Shown here in pieces: positions 60,893 to 64,000 of a stretch of DNA of 64,000 nucleotides. Under the pieces are notes generated by a model. It was given only the letters and a program-made list of their open reading frames with translations, made no database searches and was not told where the DNA came from. The DNA is from Mobula hypostoma (taxonomy: Eukaryota): positions 248,064,001 to 248,128,000 of the forward strand of contig NC_086097.1 in assembly GCF_963921235.1 (NCBI RefSeq). The letters run 5' to 3'. Position 1 is the stretch's first letter. Every line of letters begins with the position of its first letter. Made by a program: the position numbers and the translations under genes.

Positions 60893-63055
60893 AAGCTTTA
60901 AACTAATTTGCCAGGGGGTTGGGAACAGGAGTGAAACAGCTGAGGACGGGGCAGTTGGCGTACATGGAGATGCGATGTGCAGTGAGACTGTGAGGAGGGA
61001 CAGGCAGATGATGAAGCAAAATTGCAGTCGGTGGGATGAGTTGAAGTGTAACATGGGGGCAAAGTGGAAAAGGATGATGGATACAGGACTGAAGGTGTTA
61101 TATTAGAATACACTTAATATATGGAATGACATTGGTGATTTTGTAACCCTGTTAAAGATTGGTAGGTATGATGTTGTGGGCATCTCTGAGTCTTGGCTGA
61201 AAGAAGATCATAATCGGTAGCTTGACATCCAAGAATATACATTGTACCCAAAGGACAGGCAGGTAGACAGAGGGTGTGGGGTGGCTCAAATGGTAAAAGC
61301 TGAAATCAAGTCCTTAGAAAGTGGTAACACAGGATCAGAAGATGTAGAATCCGTGTGGGTAGAGTTAAGAAATTGCAAGGGTAAAAAGACCTTGATGGGA
61401 GTTTTACACAGACCCCCAAACAGTTGCTAGTATGTGCGATGTAGAGTTCAATGGGAAATAGAAAAGGCATATAAAAAGGCAATGTTACGATAGTCATGGG
61501 AGATTTTGATATGCAGGTGGATTGGAAAAATCACATTTGATGCTGGATCCTAAGAGAAGGAATTTGTAGAATTCCTACAAGATGGCTTTTTAGAGCAGCT
61601 TGTGATTGAGCCCATGAGGGTAAAGACAATTCTGGATTAGATATTGCACAATAGGCTAGATTTGATTAGGGACCTTAAAGTAAAGGAACACTTAAGTGGC
61701 AGTGATCATAATATGATAGAATTCACTGTGGAGTTTGAGAGGGAGAAGATAAAATCGGAAGTATCAATATTACAGTGGAGTAAAGGGAATTACAGAGGCA
61801 TGAGAGAGGAGCTGGCCAGAATTGATCGGAAGAGGACATGAGCAGGAAGAGAGGGCATATAATATAGCAAAAAATAGTGGGAAGTTAGAGGATTGAAAAA
61901 CTTTTAAAAACCAACAGAACGCAACTAAAAAAGTCATAAAAAGAAAAAAGATGAAACATAAAGATAAGCTAGGATAAGAGGTTACAAAAGGTTTTTTTTT
62001 CCAGATATATAAAGAGTGAAAGAGAGACAAGCGTGCATATTAGACCGCTAGAAAATGTCGCATGAGAGGTAGTAATAGGGGACAAAGAAACGGCAGACGA
62101 ACTTAATAGATATTTTGCGTCAGTCTTCACAGTGAAAGACACTAGTAGTGTATCAGAAATATGAGAGTGTCAAGGGACAGAAGTGATTGTTGTTGCTATT
62201 ACTAAGAAGAAGGTGCTTGGGAAGCTGAAAGGTCTGAAGGCAAATAAACCACCTGGACTACACCCCAAGGTTCTAAAGTGGTGGCTGAAGATACTGTGGA
62301 GGCAGTAGTAATGAGTGTTCAGGAATCACTAGATTCTGGAATGGTTCCTGAGGACAAGAAAATTGCAAATGTTACTCTGCTCTTTAAAAAGGGAGGGAGG
62401 CAGAGGAAAAGAAATTATAGGCCAGTTAGCCTGATTTCAGTGGTTGGAAAGATGTTGGAGTCCATTATTAAGGACCAAGTTTTGGGGTACTTGCAGACAC
62501 ATGATAAAATAGGCCGTAGTCAGCATGGTTTCCTCAGGAAAATCTCGTCTGACAAATCTGTTGGAATTCTTTGAAGAAATAACAAGCAGGATAGAGAAAG
62601 GAGGATTGGTTGATATTGTTCACTTGGATTTTCAGAAGGCATTTGACAAGGTGCCACACGTGAGGCTGCTTAACAAATTAAGAGACCATGGTATTACCCC
62701 TAGGCCTGAGTCGACGTAGTAGTATTACAGGAAAGATACTAGCATGATCGAGCATTGGCTGATTAGCAGGAGGCAGAAAGCGGGAATAAAGGGGTCTTTT
62801 CCTGTGAGCTGAGATTCTGAATTGGAGAAAGTCCAATTCTGATGGCATCAGAAACGATCTGGAAAGTGACCAAGTTGCTGGATATGTTTAAAGCGGGGGT
62901 TTATAGGTTCTTGATTAGTCAGGACATCAAAGGTTACGGGGAGAAGGCAACCGAATGGGGTTGAGAGGAATAATAAATCAGCCATGATGGAATGTCTAAG
63001 TAGACTCAATTGGCTGAATGGCCTGAATTCTGCTCCTGTATCTTGTGGTCTTATT
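60893..63055 (+). mobile_element. CR1-like LINE (ORF1 end through ORF2), heavily degraded with deletions
   Basis: ESVWVELRN, SDHNMIEF, NYRPVSLISVVGK and LDFQKAFDKVPH motifs. Confidence 0.9.
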
Positions 63056-63136
63056 CTTGAATCCCACCACTCTCTGTGTAAAGATCTTACCTCTGACATC
63101 CCCCCTATACTTTTCTCAAATCACAAACTTATGCCC

Positions 63137-63234
63137 GCAACACACATCAAAGTTGCTGGTGAACGCAGCAGGCCAGGCAGCATCTCTAGGAAGAGGTACA
63201 GTTGATGTTTCAGGCCGAGACCCTTCGTCAGGAC
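63137..63234 (-). mobile_element. 98-bp PLE family A terminal fragment (hammerhead + tail only)
   Basis: Nearly identical to 24351-24448; TSD AAACTTATGCCC at 63125-63136 and 63246-63257. Confidence 0.88.
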
Positions 63235-63570
63235 ACCTCTTGTATAAACTTATGCCCTCTTGTATTAACCATTTCCACCCTGGGAAAAGCCTCTGGCTAA
63301 CCCCTGACCTGTGCCTCTTATCATCTTGTATACCTCAATCAAGTCACCTCTCGTCCTCATTCACTCCAAAGAGAGGAGCCCTAGCATGCTCAACCTATCC
63401 ACATAGTTGTGACCAGCAAGCTTAAAAGATGGGGGAGTTGTTTAGTCATCTCTCCACACCGACAGGCTTCAGTTGTGACTTCATGCATCCGTTGATCTTA
63501 TTGCACGCGGGTCTGGGCTGTTTTCGTGTCGAGAGTGAATAAGTGAGTATTTTGTGCTTCCTCATTACAG

Positions 63571-63650
63571 AAGCTGCAAAACCGTTCAGTGTAGTGGTCT
63601 TCTACTGTCGACACATCTTTCATAAGGATTGCCTTCCTTCCCCAGGCATG
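63571..63650 (+). CDS. VPS41: VPS41 coding exon, (E)AAKPFSVVVFYCRHIFHKDCLPSPGM; probably the penultimate coding exon
   Basis: ttacag|AA...ATG|gtatgt; 80 nt; CxHxFHxxC RING-H2-like motif. Confidence 0.95.
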
Positions 63651-64000
63651 GTATGTTCTTGATTTATGTTAACATCTAAAGGCCTAGTCTATTGTCAGAA
63701 TATTACTTTTTATTTGGACCATATACGATAAGATATAGGAGCAGAATTAAGCCATTTGGCCCATCGAGTCTGCTCCACCATTCCATCATGATTGATTTAT
63801 TATCCCCCTCAATCCCATTCTTCTGCTCTCCCTCCATAACTTTTGACACCCTGACTAATCAGGAACCTATCAACCTGCACTTTAAATATACGCAACGACC
63901 TGACCTCCACAGCCGTCTGTGGCAATGAATTCCACAGGTACACCACTCTCTGTCCAAAGAAATTCCTCATCTCTGTTCCAAAGGGACACCCATGTACTTC

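Noticed and set aside
6890..63650. Non-canonical or U12 introns, or VPS41 pseudogenisation
   Set aside because: All 13 internal introns are GT-AG with ordinary donors, and the spliced frame is uninterrupted.

Overview
This is eukaryotic genomic DNA. The repeat landscape suggests a cartilaginous fish, probably a ray or skate (inferred, not proven). The only host gene is VPS41 (HOPS complex subunit) on the + strand. I traced 14 consecutive GT-AG coding exons (6890..63650; 1299 nt, 433 codons in one frame) covering the CHCR/clathrin-repeat region and most of the C-terminal RING-like domain; the start and last exons lie outside the window. The introns are almost entirely transposon-derived: CR1, Rex1/Babar-like and RTE LINEs, Penelope-like elements (PLEs), tRNA-derived SINEs, Tc1-like MITEs, a Tigger/pogo remnant, a probable solo LTR and a G-rich minisatellite. 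The most notable signal is self-cleaving ribozyme motifs in these retroelements. (i) A ~235-bp TSD-flanked non-autonomous element (26397..26630, minus) starts at what matches the twister ribozyme cleavage site. (ii) A young Neptune-type PLE has an uninterrupted RT+GIY-YIG frame, a perfect 14-bp TSD and an intact minimal hammerhead motif in sense orientation just upstream of a VPS41 exon. (iii) About a dozen decayed hammerhead copies from three families are also present. Family names and ribozyme calls come from recognising sequence by eye, with no database search.
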